From: an uncultured Bryobacterales bacterium
Lineage (GTDB): Bacteria > Acidobacteriota > Terriglobia > Bryobacterales > UBA6623
Assembly: GCA_951813605.1 (NCBI GenBank)
Contig: OX638379.1
Coordinates: forward strand, 3,154,062 to 3,218,061
DNA length: 64,000 nt
Direction of reading: 5' to 3'
The first letter of the stretch is position 1; every line of letters begins with the position of its first letter. This document shows, in pieces, positions 9,404-19,764 of this stretch. The notes under the pieces were generated by a model. The model did not search any database. It saw nothing but the letters and a program-made list of their open reading frames with translations, and was not told the origin of the DNA. The position numbers and the translations under genes are program-made.

Positions 9404-9478
9404 CAAGGGAGCGTTAAGACCTACATGCTCATGAGAACCACGAAGGCGGGTGACTCTTGCGAAACGAGGCGGCAGGCG

Positions 9479-10633
9479 ATGGGTCGGCAAGTAAGGCGGT
9501 GGCTCGGTTCAGCCGGGATGGGAATAACCCTTTTCTTGGGACTGCCCTGGATCACTGAGGGAGAAGAACCCTTCAAGTATCAGTACGAGTTTGGCCCCAT
9601 CAGGATCCCCAGGGCTCAGGCCGATGAACCAATGCGCCAGAAAGTCTCGGTGGCGCTGGCAACGGAATATGTTGAACAGGGAGCGTTCGCCTGGACTCGA
9701 CACCGAAAGTGTGTGACTTGTCACACCAACGGCACCTACATGGCCCTCCGCCCTTCCCTGAACGGGCCTTTGGGCAAACCCAGCCAGGAAGTTCGCGACT
9801 TTTTCGTGAAGCTCCTCCAGGACGGAACCAGTCAACTGGAAACGGACGGGGAACTGAGCGATTCGCAATTGATCTATATTGCGCGTGGTCTGGCGGAATG
9901 GGATGCCCACGTTTCGGGAGAGTTGTCCGCCGACACCGGCCTCGCACTGGAGCAGTTGTTCGAGAGGCAGCTTCCTACCGGCGAGTGGCATGCTATCCGG
10001 TGCTGGCCGCCCCTGGAATCAAGTGCCTTCCAGGAGGCAACCGTAGCTGCACTAGCGGTCGGAGTGGCTCCGGGATGGCTGTCGGGTCTGGCCGACCAGA
10101 GGCTGAAGGACGGTGTGAAACGGCTGATGGATTACCTCCGCATGGTAAAGCCGCCCCACGACTACGGGCGGGTGGTGCTCTTGTGGGCGTCGGCCCGGCT
10201 GGCAGGTTTGCTGGAGGAGCGCGAGAAAGCGGAGATTATTCAAATGATTCGGCGAAAGCAACGGCCCGACGGGGGGTGGTCCATCCGAACCTTTGCCCAG
10301 CCCGAGCAATGGGGCGACGGCAGCAGGGCAGAAAAACTCAGGAATGAGAAAGAGTTTCCCAATCCCCCCAGTGACGGCCACCAGACCGGCTTGGCTCTGA
10401 TCGCACTCCGGGAAGCTGGAGTCAGTGCTCGGGATCCCGCAATCCGTAGAGGCGTCCGGTGGCTGCTCCGCAACCAGCGCCAGTCCGGACGGTGGTGGAC
10501 CCGGTCTCTGAATACAGACACCTATCATTTCATCACCTACAGCGGCACCCTGTATCCCTTGGTCGCACTCCACCTCAGCGGCGCGTTGCCGGAAGAACCG
10601 GCGGCAGCCGACCACGCTCAAAACCGGCGTTAG
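9479..10633 (+). CDS. Exported prenyltransferase/squalene-cyclase-repeat (alpha/alpha-toroid) protein with a CxxCH motif
   Basis: QW-like repeats RQLPTGEW, KQRPDGGW, NQRQSGRW; CVTCH near the N-terminus; signal-peptide-like N-terminus; no DXDD motif seen. Confidence 0.75.
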   Translation: MGRQVRRWLGSAGMGITLFLGLPWITEGEEPFKYQYEFGPIRIPRAQADEPMRQKVSVALATEYVEQGAFAWTRHRKCVTCHTNGTYMALRPSLNGPLGKPSQEVRDFFVKLLQDGTSQLETDGELSDSQLIYIARGLAEWDAHVSGELSADTGLALEQLFERQLPTGEWHAIRCWPPLESSAFQEATVAALAVGVAPGWLSGLADQRLKDGVKRLMDYLRMVKPPHDYGRVVLLWASARLAGLLEEREKAEIIQMIRRKQRPDGGWSIRTFAQPEQWGDGSRAEKLRNEKEFPNPPSDGHQTGLALIALREAGVSARDPAIRRGVRWLLRNQRQSGRWWTRSLNTDTYHFITYSGTLYPLVALHLSGALPEEPAAADHAQNRR

Positions 10634-10739
10634 AGCTCAGCTAGCGCCTGGGCGAGTGCCACGCGGTCGAGATTCCGGCAAGCGGAAGATGCTCGATAGG
10701 CCGTTGTTGGTTCTGGCGACACGAATCCTACGTCCACAG

Positions 10740-11175
10740 GCATTCGACGGACGTGCCCGCCTTGAGGTGGCGGCCAGCCCGCCGGCGCAGGGCAGCCTTG
10801 CGTAAGCCCTTCACCCGGCTCATGCGCAGCTCGGGAGGTCGGCCGTCCCGAGTTACTTCCGCCACGGCGACGAGCAGGGTCTTGCCCGCCGCCCCGCAAC
10901 CGCCCTTGCCGCCATGGCCCGGCCCACCCCAGCAGGCGTGATCGACCTGCACGGGACCTTCCAGGGCCACGCGCTCGTCGCGTTCGCGCATGGCCTGCTT
11001 GAGCTGCTAGGCGGTGTTCTGGCTGACGCAGAGTTGGCGGTGCAGTTCGAGGGTGGAAATGCCGTGCTTGGACTACGTCAACAGATGGATGGCGAGAAAC
11101 TAGGTCGTGGGCGGGAGGCGCGTGCTGGCGAAGAGCGTGCCGGCGGTGATGGAAACCTGGTGCTTGCAGGTGTTG
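10740..11175 (-). pseudogene. IS1595-family transposase remnant
   Basis: CKHQVSITAGTLFASTRLP.TT*FLAIHLLT*SKHGISTLELHRQL.VSQNTA*QLKQAMRERDE...LEGPVQVDHACWGG...GAAGKT; three in-frame TAG codons. Confidence 0.85.
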
Positions 11176-11440
11176 CATTGGTAGACCCGTTGAACAATCC
11201 GCTCTTGGCGGCTTGCAGCTCGCGCAGATAATCGTGATCGTAGGCGACAAAATCGCGGGCTTCCGGCCGAGGCAGAGAAGGATCAAGAACGCTGTCGACG
11301 TCGCTAATCTGCTCCTCGTCGGGGTAGTAGACCGTTACCGGATGATCGATGCCCAGCCGGGTGAATGGCCGGCATTGATAGAGATTCAGCAAGTATTCCG
11401 TCACGATCCTGAAGTGGCGACTGTCGAACTGCGAGGTCAT
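11176..11440 (-). pseudogene. N-terminal fragment of a hypothetical protein, truncated by the IS1595 remnant
   Basis: MTSQFDSRHFRIVTEYLLNL...PFTRLGIDHPVTVYYP...YDHDYLRELQ...LFNGST reads protein-like, then runs into IS sequence. Confidence 0.45.
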
Positions 11441-12049
11441 GGTCTCACCGCAGATGGCGTCAGAGCCGGCCGGAGCCTCAAGGCGGCGCCAAAGACCGCC
11501 CGGTCGGAAAGCCGGTCAAAGCCATTACCCGAGTGCTCATGCCCGCATCGCCGTCGATCAACCACGGAGAGAGCGCGGTCCCGACGCTGCTTCCCCGTCT
11601 GAAGCCCGCACTCTCCGGCGCCGACCCCGGAACCCATTCCGGTGGAATCGGACAGCGGTAGGATTCAACTCGCCGCCCCGACGTGCCCGCCACCCCACTC
11701 CGAAGAATCCGTTTTCCGAACCCTCCATGGCCCTCCAATGCATGACTGCGTCCGGTATCTGCAGCGCAGCTCTCACTCTACAAATTCTAGTCGACAGGGG
11801 AGGCACGGAGAAGCTGCGTGGATGCTTCCCTGAGCTCGCGGTGCTGATCGATGCGTATTCCGAAGGAAAATGATCAACGTTCCGACGCGAAAAAAACAGC
11901 GTTTCGAAGTGAAAAAATGGGAATTACTTACGTGAGTGGGGAGGCTGCGAGATGGCGGACAGGTAGAGGTGCGGTAGCTCCAGTGAGGGCTGCAGACCCG
12001 GCGCCACCGCTCGAGTGCTGCCCCGCTTCGATATCGACCTCGATCGCCG

Positions 12050-12420
12050 GCGTCCACGAAGACTGGGCCGCTCCAACTGTTCGCGTCCAGCAACAACGGG
12101 CGGACATTGGCACGCAGGATGCCCCTGACCGTGCCACGACAGGTCACTGGCAACCTTGCAAGGCTCGGCGACGGGCGAATCCTGCTCAGCCATGGAAACC
12201 GGTGCTGGAACAATTTCGGAGTCGACGTCCGGATCAGCGGTGACGAGGGAGCGACCTAGAGCCCTCCTGTGCGGATCGCGGACTGCCCTCGCTCGGACTG
12301 CGGCTATCCGAGTACGGTCCAGACCGCCGCCGGCCAGGCCGTGACGGCCTTCTAAACGCAGGTTTCGGATGACTACCACTACGAGATGCGAGTGGCCACC
12401 TGGGATCCGTCGCGACTCAC
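12050..12420 (+). pseudogene. BNR/Asp-box (sialidase-like) protein C-terminal remnant
   Basis: Frame not in the track: LFASSNNGRT...GNLARLGDGRILLSHGNR...VRISGDEGAT*SPPVRI...SDCGYPSTVQ...VTAF*TQ. Asp-box SxDxGxTW with W changed to TAG (12257) and a further TAA (12353). Confidence 0.7.
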
Positions 12421-12455
12421 GGCGGAAGGGACAATCCGGCAATAGGGTGGTGACA

Positions 12456-12962
12456 ATGCGGGACTTTCTCCGCAGGGTGTTTCTCGGGCGGCTGGCGGCG
12501 TGCGGGGCGGGGCTGGCGCTAGCCGGTCATGTGGCTTGGCCCGGACGAGCCCGGGCACAGCGTTCGGGCCGGGTCAAGGGGTTTGATCACGTCGCCGCGC
12601 CGATGCGCGACCTAGAGGCTATGGTGGCGTTCTACCGAAAGCTCGGGTTCCACGTGAACGAGGGCAGGGGCATCTGCTCCGTTCACTTCGGGAATCACAA
12701 GATCAACTTCCATCGACCGAGGGTCTGGCAGGGCCCCAGCGTCACGCTCCAGGCCCCTGCCGCGGAGCCACCCTGCGGAGATTTCTGTTTCGTGTGGGAC
12801 GGAAGCGAGACCGATCTGTTGGAAGCGCTTCGAAACGCGGGCGCGGAAGTCATCGAAGGACCTGTCGAGCGCACGGGCGGCAGAGACGATGGGACGGCTC
12901 GCGGCATCAGTCGGTATATCAGGGGTCCGGATGGCAACCTCCTCGACTTCATCACTTACTAA
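12456..12962 (+). CDS. VOC (glyoxalase/bleomycin-resistance) family protein with a Tat-like signal
   Basis: FDHVAAPMRDLEAMVAFYRKLG, KINFH, PPCGDFCFVW, GPVER.GG...YIRGPDGNLLDF; N-terminal LRRVFLG plus hydrophobic stretch. Confidence 0.85.
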   Translation: MRDFLRRVFLGRLAACGAGLALAGHVAWPGRARAQRSGRVKGFDHVAAPMRDLEAMVAFYRKLGFHVNEGRGICSVHFGNHKINFHRPRVWQGPSVTLQAPAAEPPCGDFCFVWDGSETDLLEALRNAGAEVIEGPVERTGGRDDGTARGISRYIRGPDGNLLDFITY

Positions 12963-13201
12963 GACCTGGTTCCTGAAACGCCCGTAGCAAGAAATTCTCT
13001 TCATTTTGCAAGATGTTCTTCCGCAACCATGCAGCAACGGAGTACCCCTGCGTGTGGAACCGGCTGGTCCTAGCTGGCCGCGAGTGGCCGTTGGCATACA
13101 AGACACGGGGCCTCTAGACTCCTTGTCTCGCTGTAGGGCTGACGATTGAGTCAAGTCTGGATTGCCGCTGTCTGCCCCCGTGGGTCTGAGGCGCAGGCTC
13201 G

Positions 13202-14890
13202 CTAGTTCTCGCTCAGCAACTCTTCTCTCAAGTCCCGAAACGGGCCGTGAACCGTCTCCTCCCCGGGATCGTATTCCGGATTGCGCCTCGGGAGGTAGCG
13301 TGGCGCAACGTTGGCTTCGAGCCAGCTGTTGAGTTTTTCAAGCAGCTGGCGCGCCTCATCAGGGTGGTCTTCCGCCAGGTCGGTTTGCTCGTATGGGTCC
13401 TGCTCGATGTCGTAAAGGTGCAGCTTGCCGTGCCAGTCCCAGATCAGCTTCCGCGGTCCCTGGCGGATCGCCGAGTGCGGCGGGACATAGGGGCTGCCGT
13501 CGTGATGAGGGATTCCGACGTTGAAGGGGTAGTGCCAGTAGAACTCACGCTCAGGCCACTCGGCACGGTCACCCTCGAACAGCAGCGACTGAAGGTCGAG
13601 TCCGTCGACGCCTTCCGGCACCGAAAACCCAGCCACGCCAGCCAGCGTCGGGAGGATGTCTATCAGGTGGATCGGCTCGCCGGACCAGCGGCCCGCTGCA
13701 ATCCGGCCGGGCCAGCGGACGATGAACGGGACCCGAATGCCACCCTCGTAGAGGTGACCCTTGCCGCCGGTGAACGGGGCATTCTCAGTGACTACATGAC
13801 CCTCTCCGTCTCTTGCATGTTCGACGCCGCCGTTGTCGGAAGTGAAGATAACCAGAGTGCTGTCGTCTAGTCCGAGCTGTTCGAGCGCCTCAAGCAAGCG
13901 ACCCACGGAATCGTCCAGCTGCGCCACCATCGCGGCGTAGATGGCGCTGTGATGGCCATTCCAGCCCCGCATGGCCTTGCCCCGGAAATGGTCGACCCGC
14001 TCGGGCCGGGCCTGCCACGGCCCGTGCACTGCGAAGTGGCTGAAGTAGAGCAGGAACGGCTTGTCGGGCTCCTCCGCACGCTGCTCAAGAAACCGCACCG
14101 CTTGAACAGTCAGATCGGCTGTTAACTCGTCCTGGCCGGTTTCCGCTCCCGGGTCCCCGGCTTCCCATTTCACTTGTGGCATCGACGGGTAAGGCACCTC
14201 CGTTCTCGACCACAGCCGCCGCCAATTGAAGTATGGCGATCCGCCAGCATCGTAGTAAGTCGGCGCAGAAAAGCCAACGTCCGCCGGTTGATACCCCTTT
14301 GCCCCATGCCCGCCGAGGTGCCACTTACCGATAAAGCCGCTGAAGTAGCCTTCCAACATACGGGGCAGAACGGGAATACCTTGCTTGCCGTCGAGCGGGC
14401 CTCCATGAGGAATCGCTGTCAGCGTCGTTCCATTGATCCACGGTTGGCTGTGTGCAATCCGGTCTGCGTGGTGCACGGCGTCCAGCGGATGGTATCCCTC
14501 GGGGGGTGTTTGGCCGGAGCTGTAGTAAGTGGGTGTCCGCGGCGTCGCAGTCGTGACGCCCAGGCTTCCCGAGAAGCGACCGGTGAGCAGGCTGGCCCGT
14601 GACGGGGAGCAGAGCTGCTGAGCGTATGCCTGGCTGAAGCTTAGCCCCGATCGGGCCAGCCGATCGAGATGCGGCGTCTCGTAGTAGCTCCCTATCGTCT
14701 GGCGGAAATGCCGCGCATACGCGGCGATATCCATGATGCCGAGGTCGTCGGCGAGGATGATCACGATGTTCGGCCGGGCCGCGGGATCTGCTTTCTCATT
14801 CGCCTGAGGCGCCTGGCAGCTGGCCCCGTACCACAGCACAGGGACGCACCAAAGGACCTTCGGAAGGGCGCAATGTCGCTTGAGTCTCAT
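13202..14890 (-). CDS. Cys-type sulfatase (arylsulfatase A-like)
   Basis: PNIVIILADDLG, CSPSRASLLTG, GKWHLG, FTSDNGG, GGKGHLYEGGIRVP. Confidence 0.95.
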   Translation of the reverse strand: MRLKRHCALPKVLWCVPVLWYGASCQAPQANEKADPAARPNIVIILADDLGIMDIAAYARHFRQTIGSYYETPHLDRLARSGLSFSQAYAQQLCSPSRASLLTGRFSGSLGVTTATPRTPTYYSSGQTPPEGYHPLDAVHHADRIAHSQPWINGTTLTAIPHGGPLDGKQGIPVLPRMLEGYFSGFIGKWHLGGHGAKGYQPADVGFSAPTYYDAGGSPYFNWRRLWSRTEVPYPSMPQVKWEAGDPGAETGQDELTADLTVQAVRFLEQRAEEPDKPFLLYFSHFAVHGPWQARPERVDHFRGKAMRGWNGHHSAIYAAMVAQLDDSVGRLLEALEQLGLDDSTLVIFTSDNGGVEHARDGEGHVVTENAPFTGGKGHLYEGGIRVPFIVRWPGRIAAGRWSGEPIHLIDILPTLAGVAGFSVPEGVDGLDLQSLLFEGDRAEWPEREFYWHYPFNVGIPHHDGSPYVPPHSAIRQGPRKLIWDWHGKLHLYDIEQDPYEQTDLAEDHPDEARQLLEKLNSWLEANVAPRYLPRRNPEYDPGEETVHGPFRDLREELLSEN

Positions 14891-15277
14891 TCGCTGCCCC
14901 CAGCTCTCGGAAATGCCCTGGTCAAATTTGTGCTCCTGGAATTCGCGGAACGCACTTCCGCTCTCGAGAGCTATGTTCAGTTGCTACAAGACTTCCGTGT
15001 TGGCCATCCTGGCACGGAGAGCGTAGCCGACTCACGGCCTCGATGCAACAGCCTTCAGACCGATGCAAGTTCCGTGGTGAAACGTTGCCGGGCCGGTCAC
15101 TCCGAATTCGTGGGCTGGCCATTCCCGGGCGCTCGAACCTGCAGTCCGTAACTCTATCGCACTTGTTCGGTTACGGTCATGGCCAGGGCAATTCAATTCT
15201 CTCTGGGAGGTTGTGAATAGGAAGGGCATGGTGAGAGGACTGAACAAACCAGTCCCGTTTGTGCGATAACGCGCGGA

Positions 15278-15565
15278 GTGAGTGAATTGGGCGGTGCGGT
15301 GCGGGAAGTGCGAGTGCGTCCGGTGGGCGCGAGCGAGGGGCCGCGCTGGAACGCCCTCATTCGGGAACAGCATTACTTGGGATTTCGCAAGTTCTGCGGC
15401 CGGCGGCTGCTGTATGTCGCCGAGCTTGACGGGCGCCGGCTGGCCTTGGTCGGCTGGCATGCGGCGGCGCTGCATTGCGCGGCGCGCGAGCGCTGGATCG
15501 GCTGGACCCAGCTGCAGCGTCGCGCGTGCCGGGCGCCGAAGCGGGTGTTCCTCTACCCCCTGCTC
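15278..15565 (+). pseudogene. DUF4338 (DruA-like) domain remnant of an IS-associated protein, internally deleted
   Basis: VRVRPV..SE..RWNALIREQHYLGF...GRRLLYVAE...LALVGW.AAALHC.AR.RWIGW jumps directly to the C-terminal PKRVFLYPL. Confidence 0.7.
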
Positions 15566-15777
15566 TCTCGGGCGAGCAACCACTGCCTATCAAGCTATCT
15601 CGTACGTCCACGAAAACGGGGCCAGTCCACTTCGCAACTGCAGGTGAGCCAGATCAAGCCTGCCTTGGCAGCGCCCGGCAGCGAACGTTGGCCGGTCCTG
15701 CCGGCGGCGGCCGTCATCGCCGTTGGGGTTATACTCACCGTCGTCGTTCGCTGGTGAGCATCGCCTGATAAGAGAGG

Positions 15778-16794
15778 GTGGCCTGGATGGATACGCGGAA
15801 AACTACCAGAGTCTTCGGCGGCGGGGAATTCCTCTACGAGGTTGACCCGGCTTGGCCGCAGGTCCCCGAGGACTGGAGCTTCCACGAGGTGGCCGGAGTC
15901 GCGACCGACTCGCAAGACCGTGTGTACGTCTTCAATCGCGGCGAGCACCCGGTGATCGTGTTTCAGGCCGACGGGACGTTCTTGTCTTCCTGGGGCGAGG
16001 GGCAGTTTGTCCGTGCTCACGGGATCTGGATTGGGCCCGATGACGCAGTCTACTTGACCGATGATCTCGGTCACAACGTCAGAAAGTACACGCCCACGGG
16101 TGAGCTGCTTAGGACGCTCGGAACAAAGGGCTCGCCGAGTGATACGGGAGTCGAGAACTTCGACTATCGCACCATCAAGCAGGCTGCGGGCCCATTCCAC
16201 TACCCCACGAACGTCGTCCTCAACTCGCAGGGGGAGATGTACGTCTCCGACGGCTACGGTAACGCGCGGGTCCACAAGTTCGCGCCGGACGGACGACTGC
16301 TGTTTTCCTGGGGCGAGCCGGGCGACGGGCCCGGGCAGTTCCATCTGCCGCACGGGATTGCTGTGGACAGCATCGGGAGAGTCTTCGTGGCCGACCGTGA
16401 GAATGACCGGCTGCAGGTCTTCTCGCCGGATGGTGAGTTTCTGGCTGAGTGGACTGCCGTCGTGCGGCCGTGCCAGGTGTTTATCGACGGCCGGGACAAC
16501 GTTTTCGTCGCCGAAGTGGGGCGCCGCGTGGGCATGTTCCCGTGGATGGCACCGGACCTGAGCGCGACCGGAGGGCGTGTCAGCGTCTTCAGCATCGATG
16601 GGCAGCTACAGGCTCGCTGGGGCGGCGGCGACCATCCCGCGGAACCGGGCGACTTCTTCGCACCGCACGACGTCTGCGTGGATTCGCAGGGCAGTGTGTA
16701 CGTTGGTGAAGTCACCTGGTCAGCCGGCGGCAACAAGGGCCTGGCCCCTCCGAATTGCCCAACGCTGCAGAAGTTCATTCGGAAGAACGACTGA
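15778..16794 (+). CDS. NHL-repeat peptidyl-alpha-hydroxyglycine alpha-amidating lyase (PAL)-family protein
   Basis: GVATDSQDRVYVFNRGEHPV, RAHGI, PTNV...YVSDGYGNARVHKF, QFHLPHGI, VADRENDRLQVF, FFAPHDVCVD. Confidence 0.9.
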   Translation: MAWMDTRKTTRVFGGGEFLYEVDPAWPQVPEDWSFHEVAGVATDSQDRVYVFNRGEHPVIVFQADGTFLSSWGEGQFVRAHGIWIGPDDAVYLTDDLGHNVRKYTPTGELLRTLGTKGSPSDTGVENFDYRTIKQAAGPFHYPTNVVLNSQGEMYVSDGYGNARVHKFAPDGRLLFSWGEPGDGPGQFHLPHGIAVDSIGRVFVADRENDRLQVFSPDGEFLAEWTAVVRPCQVFIDGRDNVFVAEVGRRVGMFPWMAPDLSATGGRVSVFSIDGQLQARWGGGDHPAEPGDFFAPHDVCVDSQGSVYVGEVTWSAGGNKGLAPPNCPTLQKFIRKND

Positions 16795-17229
16795 GAGCTG
16801 CCCTTCAGGCCGATTGCGTGCGATGAACGGCTCGGCCCCTGCTGGCTCACCATTGGACACAATCGAGGAGAATCTTCCTTCCGCTGCGTGACGCGACGGC
16901 CATCCGCATCCAGTTCAGGTCGCGGAGCCACATGCTGCAGGACATTCAATCGCAACGTGCCGACATCGAGCCGGTCGAATCCAGGGATGCTGAAGCTGCA
17001 TGCCAGGCATTGCTGGTTGGGCTAGCGCGTTTGGAACGCCTGGCTTGCGGTACGGCCTTCGTGACGATGCGCCGGCAGGTGCAGCGGCCACAATTGGCGC
17101 AGCGGACGGGAGTCCTGTCTAGGCACGCCGCCGGGCGTCTCGACTTTCGGGAATGCAGACGGGCGAGGTGTTAGTGTGAGCCAAGGTCCGGTGAGTCCAG
17201 CTACGATGGGGGCGGCTTGTGAAACGGGA

Positions 17230-19764
17230 ATGAGCATTGGGCGCTTGATTCTGCTGCTTGTCGTGATGGCCGGTGCAGCCGCCGCCACCGCCTTCGAAGA
17301 CACGGTCCGGCCGATTCTCGAATCCAACTGCCTGCCTTGTCACGGTCAATCCACCCGCAGCAGCGGCTTCTCGGTCAAGGACGCCGAAAGCGTGATCGGC
17401 GGCGGGGCGCGCCACGGCCTTGCCGTCCGCGCAGGGAATCCGGCCGGCAGCGTTCTCATCAAGGCCCTGCGAGGAGAGGGTGCCCTCCAGATGCCCCTCG
17501 GCAAGCCGGCGCTGGCGGAAGCCGACGTGGCTGCGATCGAAGCGTGGATCCGGCAGTTGGACCCGCGGGCCGCCCCGGCGGCTGAAAGAACCCACTGGGC
17601 CTTTGTCCAACCCCGCCGGCAGGTGCCACTTGCGGCAGAGAACATCCAGTGGGCACGGAACGGCATCGACAACTTCATCCTCGCCAAGCTGGAGGAGAAC
17701 GGCCTGGCTCCGGCCCAAGAGGCCAGCCGCGAGACTCTGATCCGGCGTCTCTACTTTGACTTGATCGGTCTGCCCCCTCCCTGGGAGGAGGTCGAAGCGT
17801 TCCTTCGGGACACCTCCCCCGACGCCTACGACAAGCTGGTGGACCGCCTGCTGGCGGACGCGCGGCACGGGGAGCGCTGGGCTCGGCATTGGCTCGATCT
17901 CGCCCGCTACGCCGATACCAGCGGATATGAAGGTGACCCGGAGAACTACCACACCTGGCGCTACCGCGACTACGTGGTGGACGCCTTCAACAAGGACAAG
18001 CCGTACGACCAATTCATCAAAGAGCAGATTGCCGGCGATGAGTTTGTCCGATCGTTGTCCGCCGGGCCGCTTCCCGCGCCCGAACCGGAGCACGTCGTCG
18101 CACTCACCTTCCTGCGGTTGGCGCCGTTCACCGAACCACGCGGCGAGCGAAGCCGCCACGAGCTGCTCAGCGAGATGACCGCGACTGTCAGTTCCGTGTT
18201 CCTAGGGCTCACGGCGGGCTGCGCCCAGTGCCACGACCACAAGTACGACCCCATCCCGATCAGGGATTTTTATCGCCTTAAGGCGTTCTTCGCCACCGTC
18301 TATGTCGCGCCGGCGCGTTCCGGGGATATCTTTCAGATCGGCGGCCCGCAGCCTGCGGAGTTCTATCGCCCGGGCGAGAAGGGATGGGCGGACAAGGAAC
18401 GCGCGAAGTATCAGAGCGAACTCGAGCGGGCCGAAGCGGACTTCGAAGCATTCCAAGCGCCACTGCTTGCAAGGCTCAAAGCCGCGCAGAAGGAGAAATC
18501 CCGGGGAGGCGCGGAAGATGAAGCTGGCGACAAGAAGGAACTGACCTTGGGCGATCTCGCGAGTGCCATCAAGGAAGAAGACGCCGACGGACACGGCTCC
18601 GGCGAGTCAGCACTCTTCGCGTTGGAGGAGAGACGGCGGCACGCCTTGTTCCGGAGGCGCATTCGAGTCCTCAAAGACCAGATCCTGCGCGTCGAGCCGT
18701 CGGCCATGTCGCTCCGCACGATGGATCCGCCGCCCTATGGCCCGAGCGTGCCCACCACCTACGTGCTGAACCGCGGTCAGTGGGACCAGCCCGCCGAACC
18801 TGTGGAGCCTGGGTTTCTCAGTGCCGTCGCCGGTCATTCCAGGCCAGCCGAGCTGATCCAGGTGGACCGCTACCAGCGTCACCCCGGCCACGGCCGCCGG
18901 ATGACACTTGCGAACTGGATTGCGAGTCCGGAGAACCCGCTCGCGGCCCGGGTGATGGTGAACCGACTCTGGCAATACCGCTTTGGGCAAGGCATCGTGG
19001 AAACCTCCAGCGACTTCGGCAAGAACGGCGCGCGGCCCACCCATCCAGACCTGCTGGACTGGCTCGCCGTGCGCTTCGTCGATGAAGAATGGAGCCTGAA
19101 AGCGATGCATCGGCTCATGGTGACCTCGAGCACCTACCGTCAAGCTTCGCGCCGGCCTGATGATCGAGCGGAGGAAACAGATTCGGCGAACCGGCTCCTG
19201 TGGCGCTTCCCTCGCCTGCGCCTGGAAGGGGAGCTGATCCGAGACAGCGTACTGGCCGTGAGCGGCCGCCTGAATCCGGCCCAAGGAGGCCCGCCCATCT
19301 CTCCGCCCCTGCCCGCCGGCCTGGAGAATGAGTTGGACAGCCAGTACGAGAACAATTTTTGGGAAGCGTCCGACGGCGAGCAAGCGCGCAAGCGCAGCCT
19401 GTATGTCTTCCAGCGGCGTTCCCTGAGCCTGCCAATCCTGCAGACCTTCGATGCACCGGCGTTGGACGCTTCCTGCGAACGGCGTCGCACGTCCGTCACG
19501 CCGCTGCAGGCGCTGTCTCTCTACGACGGTGATTTTGTGAACGAGGAAGCACGGTACCTTGCCGCACGGGTGCGGGAGCACGGCGGCGGGCAGCGAGGCA
19601 GCCAGATTCGCCACGCGTTTCAGCTCGCGCTCAGCCGCAGCCCTTCCGCAGAGGAGAGCGCGCAGGTGATGGAGTTCCTGGCCAAGGCCGCATCGGAAGA
19701 AGAAGGGCTAGTCGGCTTGTGCCGGGTCCTGCTCAACAGCAATGAGTTCGTCTATGTCAACTAA
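17230..19764 (+). CDS. Planctomycete cytochrome c + DUF1549 (PSCyt2) + DUF1553 (PSD1) protein
   Basis: Signal peptide; CLPCH; HWAF; [14 protein letters not shown]; [19 protein letters not shown]; [11 protein letters not shown]; [15 protein letters not shown]; HPDLLDWLA. Confidence 0.93.
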   Translation: MSIGRLILLLVVMAGAAAATAFEDTVRPILESNCLPCHGQSTRSSGFSVKDAESVIGGGARHGLAVRAGNPAGSVLIKALRGEGALQMPLGKPALAEADVAAIEAWIRQLDPRAAPAAERTHWAFVQPRRQVPLAAENIQWARNGIDNFILAKLEENGLAPAQEASRETLIRRLYFDLIGLPPPWEEVEAFLRDTSPDAYDKLVDRLLADARHGERWARHWLDLARYADTSGYEGDPENYHTWRYRDYVVDAFNKDKPYDQFIKEQIAGDEFVRSLSAGPLPAPEPEHVVALTFLRLAPFTEPRGERSRHELLSEMTATVSSVFLGLTAGCAQCHDHKYDPIPIRDFYRLKAFFATVYVAPARSGDIFQIGGPQPAEFYRPGEKGWADKERAKYQSELERAEADFEAFQAPLLARLKAAQKEKSRGGAEDEAGDKKELTLGDLASAIKEEDADGHGSGESALFALEERRRHALFRRRIRVLKDQILRVEPSAMSLRTMDPPPYGPSVPTTYVLNRGQWDQPAEPVEPGFLSAVAGHSRPAELIQVDRYQRHPGHGRRMTLANWIASPENPLAARVMVNRLWQYRFGQGIVETSSDFGKNGARPTHPDLLDWLAVRFVDEEWSLKAMHRLMVTSSTYRQASRRPDDRAEETDSANRLLWRFPRLRLEGELIRDSVLAVSGRLNPAQGGPPISPPLPAGLENELDSQYENNFWEASDGEQARKRSLYVFQRRSLSLPILQTFDAPALDASCERRRTSVTPLQALSLYDGDFVNEEARYLAARVREHGGGQRGSQIRHAFQLALSRSPSAEESAQVMEFLAKAASEEEGLVGLCRVLLNSNEFVYVN

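Noticed and set aside
9425-10633. Calling this a squalene-hopene cyclase (shc)
   Set aside because: Too short, appears exported and lacks the DXDD motif.
5069-12420. Possible stop-codon reassignment (TAG/TGA at expected Gln/Trp positions in several genes)
   Set aside because: Intact genes in the window end normally in TAG and TGA, and the affected genes also carry truncations or deletions, so these are nonsense mutations.
15278-15565. Druantia defence system (DruA domain)
   Set aside because: Only a deleted DUF4338 fragment is present, with no DruE helicase or other Dru genes; IS association is more parsimonious.
16850-17040. Possible GntR/FCD regulator C-terminal remnant (…ESRDAEAACQALL…)
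   Set aside because: Resemblance is too short and degenerate to support a call.
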